In this document: positions 46,650 through 57,535 of the stretch, in pieces | Position numbering within the stretch: position 1 is the stretch's first letter | Layout of the letters: each line of letters starts with the position of its first letter | NCBI GenBank assembly: GCA_947478395.1 | Contig: CANJVR010000004.1 | Location: 260,864 to 324,863 of the forward strand | Source: Opitutia bacterium | Lineage (GTDB): Bacteria; Verrucomicrobiota; Verrucomicrobiia; Opitutales; Opitutaceae | Direction: 5' to 3' | DNA: 64,000 nucleotides | Notes under the pieces: generated by a model | What the model was told of the DNA's origin: nothing | Databases searched by the model: none | Seen by the model: only the letters and a program-made list of their open reading frames with translations | Position numbers and translations under genes: made by a program

Positions 46650-48077
46650 ATGTCTCTGCGTTGGTTGATCCTTTTTGCCGGCATGCTGGTGGGCGCTGCG
46701 CGGCTGTCCGCTGCACCGGCTGCGCCGGAACGGACGTTGGCGCCGACTAAAGTTGTCGTGGTCCCGGTGCAGGACGAGATTTCCTCGTCGGTTTTGTATA
46801 TTTTGCGGCGGGGCCTCAAGCAGGCCATCGAGGAGAAGGCGGATGTGGTGGTGCTCGACATGAAAACGCCCGGAGGAGCGCTCGATGTGACGTTCGATAT
46901 CATGGAGGCGCTGGCGAAGTTTCCGGGACAGACCGTAACATTCGTGAACAACGAGGCGATGTCGGCCGGAGCTTTCATCGCCGCGACCACGGGCGAAATT
47001 TGGTTCACCCCGGATGGAATCATCGGCGCGGCGGCACCGGTGCAATCGACGGGGAAGGACGTCGATGCGACGATGAAATTAAAAATCACGAGTTACCTGA
47101 AGGCGCGGATGCGGGCGATCTCCGAGGGCAAGGGAGAGCGCGGTCCGGTGATCTCTGCGATGCTCGACTCCGAGTACGAACTCAAAGTCGGCGATGTAGT
47201 GCTCAAGCCGAAGGGCGAACTGCTTTCGCTGACTGCGACCGAGGCGATGAAGACCTACGGCGATCCGGCGCGGCCGCTGCTCGCGACGGGGATTGTGAAG
47301 TCCGTTGATGAATTGCTGATCAAGAAATTCGGGGTGAGCGGCTACTCGGTTCGCCTACTCGAAATCACGTGGTCGGAGCATCTGGCGGTGCTGTTGAATC
47401 GGATTTCACCGTTGCTGCTGGGCCTCGGACTCCTGGCGCTCTTCATCGAATTCAAGACTCCCGGCTTCGGGCTCTTCGGGATCGCCGGCATCGTCTGTCT
47501 CGGCGTCGTGTTCCTCGCGAGTTACGCTGCAGGCATGTCGGGACATGAGCCGGCGCTGGTGTTTGCGCTCGGATTGCTGCTCGTGGCGATCGAAGTATTT
47601 TTCCTTCCCGGCGTGGCGATCGTCGCGTTGGTGGGGCTCATCATGATGCTAGGCTCGCTCGTGTGGGCGATGGCGGATCTTTGGCCTGGGGTTCCGCTGA
47701 CAGTCGAGTGGTCGGGCGATGCTTTTGTGGCGCCGTTGCGCGACCTGGGGCTCGGTTTGGCGCTCGCGCTGGGGCTCGGTTTGGCGCTCGCGCGGTTTCT
47801 GCCGCGCGGCTGGGTGTGGGACCGTCTGGTCCTTGGCACGGTCGTCGGTGGCGCCGCGCAGTTTTCCGGTGGGGCGCCCGATGGCGCGAATGCGCTGGCG
47901 TCGCTGGTCGGCTCGTGTGGCGTCGCGGTGACGGCGTTGCGTCCGGGCGGCCAGGTCGAAATCGGCGGACGCCGTTATGAAGCGCAGGTGGCGGTCGGAG
48001 CGATTGACGCGGGGGACCGAATCATCGTCAGCGGTCGCGCGAGTTTTGGCCTCGTGGTGGAAAAGATGGACGCATGA
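46650..48077 (+). CDS. NfeD family protein (ClpP-like N-domain, TM region, OB fold)
   Basis: MKTPGG, AMSAGAFIA, IGAAAPV, EFKTPGFG, LRPGG. Confidence 0.88.
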   Translation: MSLRWLILFAGMLVGAARLSAAPAAPERTLAPTKVVVVPVQDEISSSVLYILRRGLKQAIEEKADVVVLDMKTPGGALDVTFDIMEALAKFPGQTVTFVNNEAMSAGAFIAATTGEIWFTPDGIIGAAAPVQSTGKDVDATMKLKITSYLKARMRAISEGKGERGPVISAMLDSEYELKVGDVVLKPKGELLSLTATEAMKTYGDPARPLLATGIVKSVDELLIKKFGVSGYSVRLLEITWSEHLAVLLNRISPLLLGLGLLALFIEFKTPGFGLFGIAGIVCLGVVFLASYAAGMSGHEPALVFALGLLLVAIEVFFLPGVAIVALVGLIMMLGSLVWAMADLWPGVPLTVEWSGDAFVAPLRDLGLGLALALGLGLALARFLPRGWVWDRLVLGTVVGGAAQFSGGAPDGANALASLVGSCGVAVTALRPGGQVEIGGRRYEAQVAVGAIDAGDRIIVSGRASFGLVVEKMDA

Positions 48078-48541
48078 ACGGGATCACGATCCTTTTTCTC
48101 ATGGGAGCCGTGCTGCTCGCCGCGGAAGTTTTTCTGCCCGGCGCGATTGCGGGAATTTTCGGCGGCGTGGCGATGCTCGCCGGTTGTGTGCGGGCGTTTC
48201 AGGTCTTTGGTTCCGGCGGTGGCGCGATGGCGGTGCTGGTCGCGCTTGGTTTGCTCGCGATTACTTTTTATTTCGAACTGGTCTGGCTGCCGCAGACGCG
48301 TTTCGGGAAAAAGCTTATCGTGCAGTCGGCGATTGATGCGACCAGCCAGCCGCCGATCGCCCTAGCGGCCGAAGTGATCGGCCAGTCGGCGGAGGCGGTC
48401 ACGCCGCTCGCGCCCAGCGGATATGTGCGTGTCGCCGGGCGCCGCTACGAAGCATTTTGTGAGACCGGACACGTTGCGGTGGGAGAAACCTTGCGCGTAG
48501 TCGGACTCGATAATTTTCGTTTGATCGTCTCCCAATCCTAA
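48074..48541 (+). CDS. Short NfeD family protein
   Basis: AEVFLPG TM region; TPLAPSGYV...GRRYEA OB-fold motif. Confidence 0.85.
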   Translation: MNGITILFLMGAVLLAAEVFLPGAIAGIFGGVAMLAGCVRAFQVFGSGGGAMAVLVALGLLAITFYFELVWLPQTRFGKKLIVQSAIDATSQPPIALAAEVIGQSAEAVTPLAPSGYVRVAGRRYEAFCETGHVAVGETLRVVGLDNFRLIVSQS

Positions 48542-48545
48542 ATTT

Positions 48546-49550
48546 ATGCCCACCACCACCACCATCCTTCTCGTCGTGATCGGTATCCCGGCGCTGATCG
48601 TCATCTTCATCTTTTTCTCGTTCCTGAACACATGGCTAAAGGCCTTCATGAATGGAGCGGCCGTGAGCCCATTCAATCTGCTCGGCATGCGGCTCGGCGG
48701 CGTGCCCTACAACCTCGTGGTCGATGCGCGCATCACCGCGGTGAAAGCGGGTATTGAGGTTTCCACGGATAAAATCGCCGCGCACTATCTCGCGGGCGGT
48801 AATGTTGTCCCGACGGTGCAGGCGATCATCGCCGCGCAAAAAGCGGGTATCGAACTTGGCTGGGACCGCGCGTGTGCGATCGACTTGGCGACGAAAGGCT
48901 CCGGCAAATCCGTGCTTGAGGCGGTGCGGACTTCCGTGGATCCGAAGGTAATCGACTGCCCGAATCCGGAGAGCGGGCGCGCGACGATCGACGGCGTGGC
49001 GAAGGACGGCATTCAGGTGAAAGTTAAAGCACGGGTGACGGTACGCACCCACCTCGACCGTTTCGTCGGCGGCGCGAAAGAAGAGACGATCATTGCACGT
49101 GTGGGCGAGGGCATCGTGTCGACCATCGGTACGTCCGACAGCTACAAGCACGTGCTCGAGTCGCCCGACCGCATTTCGAAAACCGTGCTGGCGCGCGGAC
49201 TCGATGTCGGCACGGCGTTTGAAATTCTTTCCATCGACATCGCGGACGTGGACGTGGGTGAAAACGTTGGCGCGAAGTTGCAGGAAGCGCAGGCCGAGGC
49301 GAACAAGAGCATAGCGCAGGCGCAGGCGGAAATCCGGCGCGCCGCGGCCGTTGCAGTCGAGCAGGAGATGAAGGCGCGGGTGCAGGAGATGCAGGCGAAG
49401 GTCGTCGAGGCGCAGGCGCAGGTGCCGCTCGCGATGGCGGAGGCGTTTCGCTCCGGTCGCCTCGGCGTGATGGATTACTACAAAATGGAAAACGTGCAGG
49501 CCGACACCGCGATGCGGCAGAGCATCGCCCAGCCCGAAGGGAAAAAATAA
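48546..49550 (+). CDS. floA: Flotillin-like protein FloA (YqfA/UPF0365)
   Basis: [66 protein letters not shown]. Confidence 0.93.
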   Translation: MPTTTTILLVVIGIPALIVIFIFFSFLNTWLKAFMNGAAVSPFNLLGMRLGGVPYNLVVDARITAVKAGIEVSTDKIAAHYLAGGNVVPTVQAIIAAQKAGIELGWDRACAIDLATKGSGKSVLEAVRTSVDPKVIDCPNPESGRATIDGVAKDGIQVKVKARVTVRTHLDRFVGGAKEETIIARVGEGIVSTIGTSDSYKHVLESPDRISKTVLARGLDVGTAFEILSIDIADVDVGENVGAKLQEAQAEANKSIAQAQAEIRRAAAVAVEQEMKARVQEMQAKVVEAQAQVPLAMAEAFRSGRLGVMDYYKMENVQADTAMRQSIAQPEGKK

Positions 49551-49565
49551 TTCCAGGGGCCGACG

Positions 49566-50192
49566 ATGGATTGGATTCTTCAGCACTTGCAGTTGGTCCT
49601 CGCGATCGGCGGAGCCTTTGTGGTGTGGCTGCAGCAGCGCCAAGCGAAGGCGGCGGCCGGGTCTTCGTCGGACGAAGCGACGCGACCCGTTCAGCCTGCG
49701 ACCGTCGCGGAGGCCGATGATGTCGAGCGGGCGAGACGTATCCGCGAGGAAATCCTGCGCAAGATCGCCGAGCGGCGAGGCGGTGCCATCCCGGCGGCGC
49801 CGGCCCGGCCGGAAGTCACTGCCGAGGAAAAGAAATATAAGTTCCCGCCGCTGATGCGACCGACGGCGCCGGTGGACCCGTTTGGTGGTCCCACGCAGAC
49901 AACGGTGTTCACGCGCCCGGAACCGATGCCGCCGCCGGTAATGGTGAAGACCGAAAGCAACGAAGCGGTGTTGGCCCGACAGGAAAAACTCGCGCAACAG
50001 ATGCGAGATCTCGAAGCACAACGCGCGGTGGTGCTGCGTCGAACCGCGGCCGCGACCGCGGCCACGGTTGCGGCGGAAGGCGTGCGCTGGCGCGCGGCCT
50101 CGAGTGTGCGCGAAGATTTGCGCGAACCGCGCACGCTTCGTCATGCGATGATTTTGCGCGAGGTCTTGGGCGCGCCGGTGGGACTGAGATAG
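49566..50192 (+). CDS. Hypothetical membrane-anchored protein (last gene of the floA operon)
   Basis: N-terminal TM helix and a C-terminal LRHAMILREVLGAPVGLR motif. Confidence 0.7.
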   Translation: MDWILQHLQLVLAIGGAFVVWLQQRQAKAAAGSSSDEATRPVQPATVAEADDVERARRIREEILRKIAERRGGAIPAAPARPEVTAEEKKYKFPPLMRPTAPVDPFGGPTQTTVFTRPEPMPPPVMVKTESNEAVLARQEKLAQQMRDLEAQRAVVLRRTAAATAATVAAEGVRWRAASSVREDLREPRTLRHAMILREVLGAPVGLR

Positions 50193-50331
50193 CTAGATCG
50201 GGCCCGGCTCGGGGAGTTCTATGGCCTGAGTTCAGCTGACTGCGATCCGACTGACCCTCACGCCCGTAGGTCGGTGCGCGCAGGCGCACGGGCCGACTCC
50301 GATCATCCCACTCGGCTATTCTGATCGTCGC

Positions 50332-51150
50332 TTACAACGCGCCAGGTGCCGGCAGGATTCCGCGATTATACCCTTTGAAGCCGAGGCCAAAGCGTTTGCC
50401 GGCAGCCTCGATCTGGAGATTTTCGCCGACTGAAGCCGTGATGTACAATTGTCCGGGCCACGGAAGCACCGTGGTTTGGCCACGTACGAGGGTGGTATTG
50501 GCGAGGAGCACCCGGCCGTCAGAGACGGTGACGACTTGAACTTGAAGTGTATCCAGCGCGATCAGCTTGATCGTATTCTCCACCACGGGAGCGACGGTTG
50601 TCCCGGGAGTAGTCCGAGCAGCCGGGCTGACGGATTTTTCACCACTGAAAAACAGCGACTTCACCGTCCACGTCACGGCCACGATCGCCACGACGACGAG
50701 CGCAATCTTGCCGAACTTCAGGACAAACGCCGGATCGAGGAGGGGCGCTGCGGGCAGGTTGGTACGGCTGCGCGAATATTTCGGCTGGGAACGTTGGTTG
50801 TCGCCGGATGGTTCGTCGCCCGGTGGCGTGCTCCGGTCGCCGCGATCGTCGGCGGACGCGACGGACACATCCATGCGACCATAAATTTCGCGACTGGGCT
50901 GGCGCGCGCGAGGCTCGTCGTTGCCCAGCGCCGCGTAGTCGTTGAGGATGCGTTCGGCTGGGAGCTTAAGAAAGTTGGAGTACGTCCGCAGGAAACCGCG
51001 CACGTAAATGTTGCTCAGCCCGATGTCGAAATGGTTGCTCTCAAACTTCTGCAGATATTCGCCGCGGATCTTGGTGGACTCGGCGGCCTCGCGGATGGAG
51101 ATGCCTTTTTGTTTACGGGCGTCTTCGAGGCGTTCGCCGATGGTCTGCAT
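50332..51150 (-). CDS. RodZ-like helix-turn-helix membrane protein
   Basis: IGERL..AR...GIS......TKIR..YL..FE, YVRGFLRTY; single TM helix. Confidence 0.85.
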   Translation of the reverse strand: MQTIGERLEDARKQKGISIREAAESTKIRGEYLQKFESNHFDIGLSNIYVRGFLRTYSNFLKLPAERILNDYAALGNDEPRARQPSREIYGRMDVSVASADDRGDRSTPPGDEPSGDNQRSQPKYSRSRTNLPAAPLLDPAFVLKFGKIALVVVAIVAVTWTVKSLFFSGEKSVSPAARTTPGTTVAPVVENTIKLIALDTLQVQVVTVSDGRVLLANTTLVRGQTTVLPWPGQLYITASVGENLQIEAAGKRFGLGFKGYNRGILPAPGAL

Positions 51151-51299
51151 GGGGCTGAGTTAGGGAGTTTGCGAACGAAGGGGAAGAAGGATTTTAGCCG
51201 CGGATTTTTTTGTCACGACCATCTCGACCGGCGAAATGGGAAACACGGCGACATCGCAGGAGACTTTCGGTGGATTCGAACAACCGGTGGCGTGCCGAC

Positions 51300-53783
51300 T
51301 TAGAGCGCCTCAAGATCGACGAGGATTTCGCGTGGACTGGAACCGTTTTCGGGGCCAACGATGCCCTTTTCTTCCATCAAATCCATGATGCGGGCGGCGC
51401 GATTGTAGCCGATGCGCAGGCGGCGCTGAATCATCGACGTGCTGGCGCGTTTGGTTGATTTCAACACGTCGAGCGCCTGTGCGTAGAGTTCGCCGTCGTC
51501 GCCCATATCGTCGTCGCCTTCGCCGTCGTCGCCCTCGTCCTCCTCTTTCGCATCGCGATCGATTTGCTGCTGGACGGCTTGGGCGTATTGCGGCGGGCCG
51601 TTGACCTTTAGGAATTCGACCATGCCCATGACTTCCTCATCCGATACGAATGCGCCCTGGGAGCGGACGAGACGTGACGTGCCGGGCGGGGAAAACAACA
51701 TGTCGCCTCGTCCGATCAGCGTGTCGGCGCCCTTCGTGTCGAGAATGGTGCGGGAGTCGACCTGCGAGGCCACCTGGAACGCGATGCGCGAGGGGAGGTT
51801 GGCTTTGATGACGCCGGTGATGACGTTCACCGAAGGACGCTGCGTGGCGATGATGAGATGGATGCCGGCGGCGCGGGCGAGCTGCGCGAGACGCGCGATG
51901 GAGGTCTCAATCTCGGCGGGCGCCACCATCATGAGGTCGGCCAGTTCATCGATGATGGCCACGATATAGGGCAGGCGGTCGGGCACCTCGATGCCGTCGT
52001 CGAGCAACGGGTCGACGCCGGTGAGCGAGCCCTGTGTGGGAACGGCGGCGGGTTCGGGCTTGGCGGTTTTTTTGCGGGTGTTGAAGCCGACGATGTTGCG
52101 GACGTTGACCTTCGCGAAGAGCTGGTAGCGCTGCTCCATTTCCCCGAGCAACCACTTTAGAGCGGCGGGGACTTTCTTCGGCTCCGTCACCACGGGAATC
52201 AACATGTGCGGGAGCGAATTGAAAATTTTCAGCTCCACGACTTTCGGATCCACCATGATCAGCCGGAGATCCTTCGGGCTTTTCGAGTAGAGAATGGAAG
52301 CTACGATGGAATTGATGCAGACGGATTTGCCCGAGCCGGTGGCGCCTGCGATGAGCAGATGCGGCATCTTGGCGAGGTCGGAGATGAGGGGTTTGCCGGA
52401 GACGTCTTTGCCGAGTGCGATGGGAATTTCGGCTTTTGCGTCGGCCCAATCCTCGCTCTCGAGCAGTTCGCGCATGCCGACTGGCGTGGGATTTTGATTG
52501 GGTACTTCGACGCCGACCGCGGCCTTGCCGGGGATCGGGGCGAGGATACGGACCGACTGCGCGCGCATGCCGAGCGCGATGTTCTTATCGAGGCCGGCGA
52601 TTTTCTCGACTCGTACGCCGGCGGCGGGCACGACCTCATAACGGGTGATCACGGGCCCCACGTGAATTTCGCCGAGGGTTACCTCGACGCCAAATTCCCC
52701 GAGAATGCGCAGGAGATTTCCCGCGTTCACGCGATGTTCCTCCTCGGTGTTGCCGGCGGTTGGTTTGACCTGCTCCTTCAGCAAGTGAAGGGGAGGAAAT
52801 TGGTACGCGGCGTCTTTGCTCTGGGGGAGACTGATTTTGGCGGCTTTTTTCGGCTCTTCGGGTTTGACGATATTCAGCTCGAGCTTGCCGGTGGTCGCGG
52901 CGACGAGTGCTTTGGTGTCGGTCGCCGGTGCGGTGGCCGTAGACGCACCGCTGGCCTGCTCGAAAGGAGCGGTGGGTTTTCCGGCGATTTTCGGCGGTGG
53001 TGCGGAGACGGGTGCCGGTCGCACTGGCTTGGCGACCGGATCCTCGGCGGATTTGGGAACGAAGGTTTTTTTGGTCCCGCTGGGCTCCACCGGCGGAGAA
53101 GGGGGCGAGGCAACGACTGGCGCGGCTTTTTGCCGGGATTTTGCCTCCCGCTCTTTTTGTTTTGCAGCGAGTGCCGCCGCTTTTTTCTGCGCACGCTCCT
53201 CCCGCCAACCGGAGAAATTCGTAAAGATCTTCTCGATCTCGGCCCCGATGTCCCGGGTGCCGATAAAAATCAGCGCGACCGCGTAGACCGTGCCCAATAG
53301 TAAGCCGGAACCAAACGAGCCCAGCGCCTCCTGCAGAAATCGTTCGTAGATTAGGCGACCGAGGTAGCCGCCCGGCCCGTTCGGGAAATAATTACTCTCT
53401 TTGATGCTATCGACCATGGCCGCTAGGCCGGCCAGCGACATTACGGCGACCGCCATCGCAGTCAGGCGCGTGCCTGTTAGATGCCGGGCTGAACGGACCG
53501 AGGTATAAAGCATCCACACTAGGAAAACCGGCAGCAGCCAAGTGCTTGCGCCGATGGCGAACAAAAGGAAGTAGATGCAGTCGGCCCCGATCCATCCCAT
53601 CATGTTTTTCAACTGTGGGTCGGTCCCGAGCTGGCGCGTCTGGGCCGGATCGTAATCAAGAAGCGCGACCGTAATGAACACGCCCAGGACAAAGCACACA
53701 ATGGCGACAGACCAGTTCGGACGGTAGCGTGGGACTTTGAAAGATGGCCCGTCGATTGAGTTTGAAGTCTCTGGCTTGGGCAT
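51300..53783 (-). CDS. ftsK: DNA translocase FtsK
   Basis: N-terminal TM domain, PHLLIAGATGSGKS, IIDELADLM, ATQRPS, gamma domain (QRRLRIGYNRAAR). Confidence 0.97.
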   Translation of the reverse strand: MPKPETSNSIDGPSFKVPRYRPNWSVAIVCFVLGVFITVALLDYDPAQTRQLGTDPQLKNMMGWIGADCIYFLLFAIGASTWLLPVFLVWMLYTSVRSARHLTGTRLTAMAVAVMSLAGLAAMVDSIKESNYFPNGPGGYLGRLIYERFLQEALGSFGSGLLLGTVYAVALIFIGTRDIGAEIEKIFTNFSGWREERAQKKAAALAAKQKEREAKSRQKAAPVVASPPSPPVEPSGTKKTFVPKSAEDPVAKPVRPAPVSAPPPKIAGKPTAPFEQASGASTATAPATDTKALVAATTGKLELNIVKPEEPKKAAKISLPQSKDAAYQFPPLHLLKEQVKPTAGNTEEEHRVNAGNLLRILGEFGVEVTLGEIHVGPVITRYEVVPAAGVRVEKIAGLDKNIALGMRAQSVRILAPIPGKAAVGVEVPNQNPTPVGMRELLESEDWADAKAEIPIALGKDVSGKPLISDLAKMPHLLIAGATGSGKSVCINSIVASILYSKSPKDLRLIMVDPKVVELKIFNSLPHMLIPVVTEPKKVPAALKWLLGEMEQRYQLFAKVNVRNIVGFNTRKKTAKPEPAAVPTQGSLTGVDPLLDDGIEVPDRLPYIVAIIDELADLMMVAPAEIETSIARLAQLARAAGIHLIIATQRPSVNVITGVIKANLPSRIAFQVASQVDSRTILDTKGADTLIGRGDMLFSPPGTSRLVRSQGAFVSDEEVMGMVEFLKVNGPPQYAQAVQQQIDRDAKEEDEGDDGEGDDDMGDDGELYAQALDVLKSTKRASTSMIQRRLRIGYNRAARIMDLMEEKGIVGPENGSSPREILVDLEAL

Positions 53784-53882
53784 TTGTGTGGCCGACCTTA
53801 GTCGACGCGGATTGCACGCTATCTGTCCGGCCGGTCAAATGTAAATGCCCTGCAGCTATTTTCATAAAAAACTATCTGTCGC

Positions 53883-54833
53883 ATGATGCGGGACATTATT
53901 CTTTTTCAGCCGATTTATCAGGAACGCGTGTGGGGCGGACGCGCCCTCGAGACGAATTTATCTCGCACTTTGCCGCCCTCTGCCCCGATCGGTGAAAGCT
54001 GGGAAATCGTTGATCGTGCCGAGGCCCAGTCTGTGGTGCGCGGGGGCAAGTACGCCGGGCTGACGTTTCGTGCGCTGCTGGCCAAGGAGGGTGCGGCCGT
54101 GATGGGCCCGGACTGGCCCGCGACGAAATCGTTTCCGATTCTCATCAAGTGGCTCGATTGTCGCGAGCGCCTGAGTTTGCAGGTGCATCCGCCGGCGGGC
54201 GTCGCAGGCGAACTGGGCGGCGAGCCGAAGACCGAGAACTGGTACATCGCGGACACCCGCCCGGGCGCAAAATTGATCGTAGGTCTGAAGCGCGGGATGA
54301 CGCGCGCCCGTTTCGAACAGGCGGTGACGGACCAGACGCTCGAGGCCTGTGTTCACCGGTTTCCGGTCACGGCGGGCGACTCCATTTTGGTTCACAGCGG
54401 ACAGGTGCACGCCATCGACGCGGGTAACCTCATTCTGGAGATTCAGCAGAACTCCGATACGATCTACCGCGTGTACGATTGGGGCCGGGTCGGCCTCGAC
54501 GGCAAGCCGCGGCAGATGCATCTGGCGCAGTCCTTGCGTTCCATCGATTGGAAGGATTTTGAGCCGAAGCCCGTGCGGGGCGCGCCCACCTCGGGCGTGA
54601 TCGCGGACTGCCCGGAGTTTTCAATTCGGCGGCTGGTGCTCGGGGCCGGCGAACGGAATCATATTTCGGGCGGACAACAGCCGCGACTACTGAGCGTGGT
54701 GAGCGGCAGTGTGCGTTGCGGCGGAACACTGCTCAACCGCGGCGACAACGCTTTGCTGCCGTACGCGGCCGCTTTCGCGCTCATCGCAGAAACCACGGCG
54801 ATCGTGCTGGTGACGGAAAATTTTGCGGGATGA
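53883..54833 (+). CDS. manA: Type I mannose-6-phosphate isomerase (cupin)
   Basis: VWGG, IGESWE, FPILIK, LSLQVHP, KTENWY, HAI, EIQQNSD..YR.YDW. Confidence 0.9.
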   Translation: MMRDIILFQPIYQERVWGGRALETNLSRTLPPSAPIGESWEIVDRAEAQSVVRGGKYAGLTFRALLAKEGAAVMGPDWPATKSFPILIKWLDCRERLSLQVHPPAGVAGELGGEPKTENWYIADTRPGAKLIVGLKRGMTRARFEQAVTDQTLEACVHRFPVTAGDSILVHSGQVHAIDAGNLILEIQQNSDTIYRVYDWGRVGLDGKPRQMHLAQSLRSIDWKDFEPKPVRGAPTSGVIADCPEFSIRRLVLGAGERNHISGGQQPRLLSVVSGSVRCGGTLLNRGDNALLPYAAAFALIAETTAIVLVTENFAG

Positions 54834-55612
54834 AAGGGCTCGCGCTGCGACGCCGAAATCGCGGCGGGTGCCTCGTCAAGCTGCTCGTGCTGGCGACGTT
54901 TTTCGCTGCGGCGTTCGCGCTTGCTTGGATGCTTTTCCTGCCGGTCGTCCTCACGCAGCAACTGCGAAGTCGGACGGGCTTCGACGCGGAGGTGACGAAT
55001 TTCGCCGTCAATCCTATCACGGGCCACGTGGTACTCCGCGGCCTGGTGCTTTCTAATCCGGCGGCATTCGGCATGAAGGATGGCCTGCAATTGCGAACAT
55101 TCGAGGCGGACGCGGACGTGGGTTCGTATTTCGGCGATAAGCTCATTTTCGACGATCTTACGATCGATGTGCAGCGGCTCACGCTGGTGAAACGCGCTGA
55201 CGGGCGGACAAACCTCGAGTTTTTCCAGCATGGTCTGGTCGGGATGATGCCCGGTCCTCCGTCGGCGAAGTCCGGTATGCTGGTGCGGAGGCTCCATTTG
55301 CGTTTCGATACGCTGGGGCTGGCCGATCTGAGCAATGCCCAAGGTCTGCGCGTGAGCGAGTACCAGCTGGGATTGGATCAAACGTTTACGAACGTCTCCG
55401 AGTTGAGGCAGCTGCTCGGGCCTGACGTGTTGCGCACGCTGCTGGCAAATGACCTGCTGAACGGACTCGCGCCGTTTTTGTCGGGGGATTTCGGGCGGAC
55501 GCTGACAGAAACCGCGCGCGCCGCTGGCAGTGCACCACCGCCGGCCGGGAGTAAGGCAACGGACCTGTTTCGAGGGTTTCTCGACAAGCTTGAAGAAAAG
55601 CGGAAGCCGTAG
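54830..55612 (+). CDS. AsmA-like membrane-anchored protein
   Basis: N-terminal TM helix, GLVLSNP..F, DGRTN; ATGA overlap with PMI. Confidence 0.65.
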   Translation: MKGLALRRRNRGGCLVKLLVLATFFAAAFALAWMLFLPVVLTQQLRSRTGFDAEVTNFAVNPITGHVVLRGLVLSNPAAFGMKDGLQLRTFEADADVGSYFGDKLIFDDLTIDVQRLTLVKRADGRTNLEFFQHGLVGMMPGPPSAKSGMLVRRLHLRFDTLGLADLSNAQGLRVSEYQLGLDQTFTNVSELRQLLGPDVLRTLLANDLLNGLAPFLSGDFGRTLTETARAAGSAPPPAGSKATDLFRGFLDKLEEKRKP

Positions 55613-55636
55613 TTGGTTCAGCTCCTTCGTTTTTCC

Positions 55637-56179
55637 ATGAGCCCATCCGATTCTCCCGTTCAACCCACTCCTTCTGCCGAAGAATCGGCTCAGGCCAATC
55701 CGCCCGTCGATGGCACCGTAGCGCTCGCCGCAGCCAAGAAGGAAGCCGCGGATAACTACGAGCGCTTCATGCGGATCGCCGCTGATCTGGAAAATCTGCG
55801 CAAACGTACCGTGCGTGAAAAGGAAGAGCTCCGGTTGTTCGCCGCCTCACGCGTGCTGGAAGACCTGATGCCGGTCCTTGACAATCTCGCGCTCGGGCTC
55901 GCGGCGGCAAAGCAGCCGAACGCCGACCTTAAAATGCTCACGGGCGGGGTCGATATGGTGCTTACGCAGTTCAAGACCGCGCTTTCGAACCACGGCCTGA
56001 AGGAAATCAATCCCGTTGGCTTGGCGTTCGATCCGCACCAACATGAGGCGATTTCACACGCGCCGAGCGCCGACGTGAAAGCGGAGCATGTCCTCACCGT
56101 CGTCCGCACGGGCTACGCGCTCAACGGACGCCTCCTGCGGCCCGCCGCGGTGGTCGTCTCAAGCGGCGCGGCCAAATAA
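55637..56179 (+). CDS. grpE: Nucleotide exchange factor GrpE
   Basis: [35 protein letters not shown]. Confidence 0.95.
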   Translation: MSPSDSPVQPTPSAEESAQANPPVDGTVALAAAKKEAADNYERFMRIAADLENLRKRTVREKEELRLFAASRVLEDLMPVLDNLALGLAAAKQPNADLKMLTGGVDMVLTQFKTALSNHGLKEINPVGLAFDPHQHEAISHAPSADVKAEHVLTVVRTGYALNGRLLRPAAVVVSSGAAK

Positions 56180-56202
56180 GCGTCAACGTTCCCGCGATCC
56201 TC

Positions 56203-57366
56203 ATGGCTAAGGAAGACTACTACGAACTGCTCGGCGTCCAGAAAGGCGTGTCCGAGGAAGAGTTGAAAAAAGCGTACCGCAAAAAAGCGGTTCAGTTTCA
56301 TCCGGATAAAAACCCGGGCAACAAAGAGGCGGAGGAAACGTTCAAGAAAGTTTCCGAGGCTTACGAGGTGCTCAAGGATGCGGACAAACGCGCAGCCTAC
56401 GACCGCTACGGTCACGCCGCGTTTCAAGGTCCGGGCGGCGGTGCCGCGGCGCGCGGTCCGGCGGGTGGCGGTGGCGGCTTCCACGATCCCTTCGATATTT
56501 TTCGCGAGGTGTTTGGCCAGCAAGCAGGCGGCGGTGGCGGTGGTGGCGGCATTTTTGACGAAATGTTCGGCGGCGGTCGTGGCGGCGGACCTGATCGCGA
56601 CGGGGCCGACCTGCGTTACGATCTGGAAATCACCCTCGAGGAAGCGGCGCGCGGCGTGGAAAAGGAAATCTCTTTCCGTAAAGCGATGACGTGCGAACGC
56701 TGCACCGGGTCCGGGGCGGAGCCCGGATCCAAGCGCGTCACGTGTCCGACCTGTCGCGGCGCCGGCCAGATTCGCCGCTCGGGCGGTATCATCACGTTTA
56801 CCCAAGCCTGTCCGACGTGCAGCGGCTCGGGCCAAAAAATCGAAAAACCTTGTACCGCGTGTCACGGCGAAGGCCGCACCGCGCAAACGACTAAACTCAA
56901 CGTCCGCATTCCTGCGGGAGTGGAAACGGGTTCGCGCCTCCGCTCCAGCGGCAACGGCGAATCCGGGGGACCAGGCGGATCGGCGGGCGATCTCTACATC
57001 GTCCTGGCGGTGAAGGATCACGAGCTGTTCGAGCGGCAGGCCGACGCGCTCTTCTGCGAAATTCCGCTCAAGTTCACGCTCGCGACGCTTGGTGGCACGA
57101 TCGAGGTGCCGACGCTTTTCGGCAAAGCCGCGTTGAAAATTCCATCGGGCACCCAAAGCGGCACCACGTTCCGCCTGCGAGAAAAAGGCATGCCGTCGCT
57201 GCGCGGCGGCCGGCAGGGCGATCAACTCGTGCGCGTGCACGTGGAAGTTCCGACTTCGCTGAGCGCCGAGCAGCGCAAGCTGCTGGAGGACTTTGCGCGC
57301 ATCAGCGGCGACGCCGCGGAACCGACGTCGAAAAGTTTCTTCGAAAAAGCGAAGAAGTTTTTCTGA
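56203..57366 (+). CDS. dnaJ: Chaperone DnaJ
   Basis: J domain with HPD, G/F region, four CxxCxGxG repeats. Confidence 0.97.
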   Translation: MAKEDYYELLGVQKGVSEEELKKAYRKKAVQFHPDKNPGNKEAEETFKKVSEAYEVLKDADKRAAYDRYGHAAFQGPGGGAAARGPAGGGGGFHDPFDIFREVFGQQAGGGGGGGGIFDEMFGGGRGGGPDRDGADLRYDLEITLEEAARGVEKEISFRKAMTCERCTGSGAEPGSKRVTCPTCRGAGQIRRSGGIITFTQACPTCSGSGQKIEKPCTACHGEGRTAQTTKLNVRIPAGVETGSRLRSSGNGESGGPGGSAGDLYIVLAVKDHELFERQADALFCEIPLKFTLATLGGTIEVPTLFGKAALKIPSGTQSGTTFRLREKGMPSLRGGRQGDQLVRVHVEVPTSLSAEQRKLLEDFARISGDAAEPTSKSFFEKAKKFF

Positions 57367-57386
57367 GGGGAAACGACACGGCTTGA

Positions 57387-57464
57387 ATGGAGGCGGGGTG
57401 CCCTCACCCCGCTTGGGAGCGACGCCCAAAGAGCAATTGCCGGGTGCTGACACCTGGCCTCCAT
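57387..57464. repeat. Inverted pair of GGAG-type REP-like hairpins
   Basis: ATGGAGGCGGGGTG-CCCT-CACCCCGC (57387-57412) and reverse-complement ATGGAGGCCAGGTG-TCAG-CACCCGGC (57439-57464). Confidence 0.55.
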
Positions 57465-57535
57465 CGAACGATTGATTTCGCCCCGCGCGGATAAAAACTT
57501 CCTTCCCCGGTAATCCCTGTTTATCGGTCTGATCT

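Noticed and set aside
46500..47045. Long N-terminal extensions in the ORF track (aldose epimerase; likewise GH88 from 1633, bshB1 from 26262, DUF4450 from 20257, RDD from 37154)
   Set aside because: They overlap neighbouring genes or are non-homologous; better internal starts exist.
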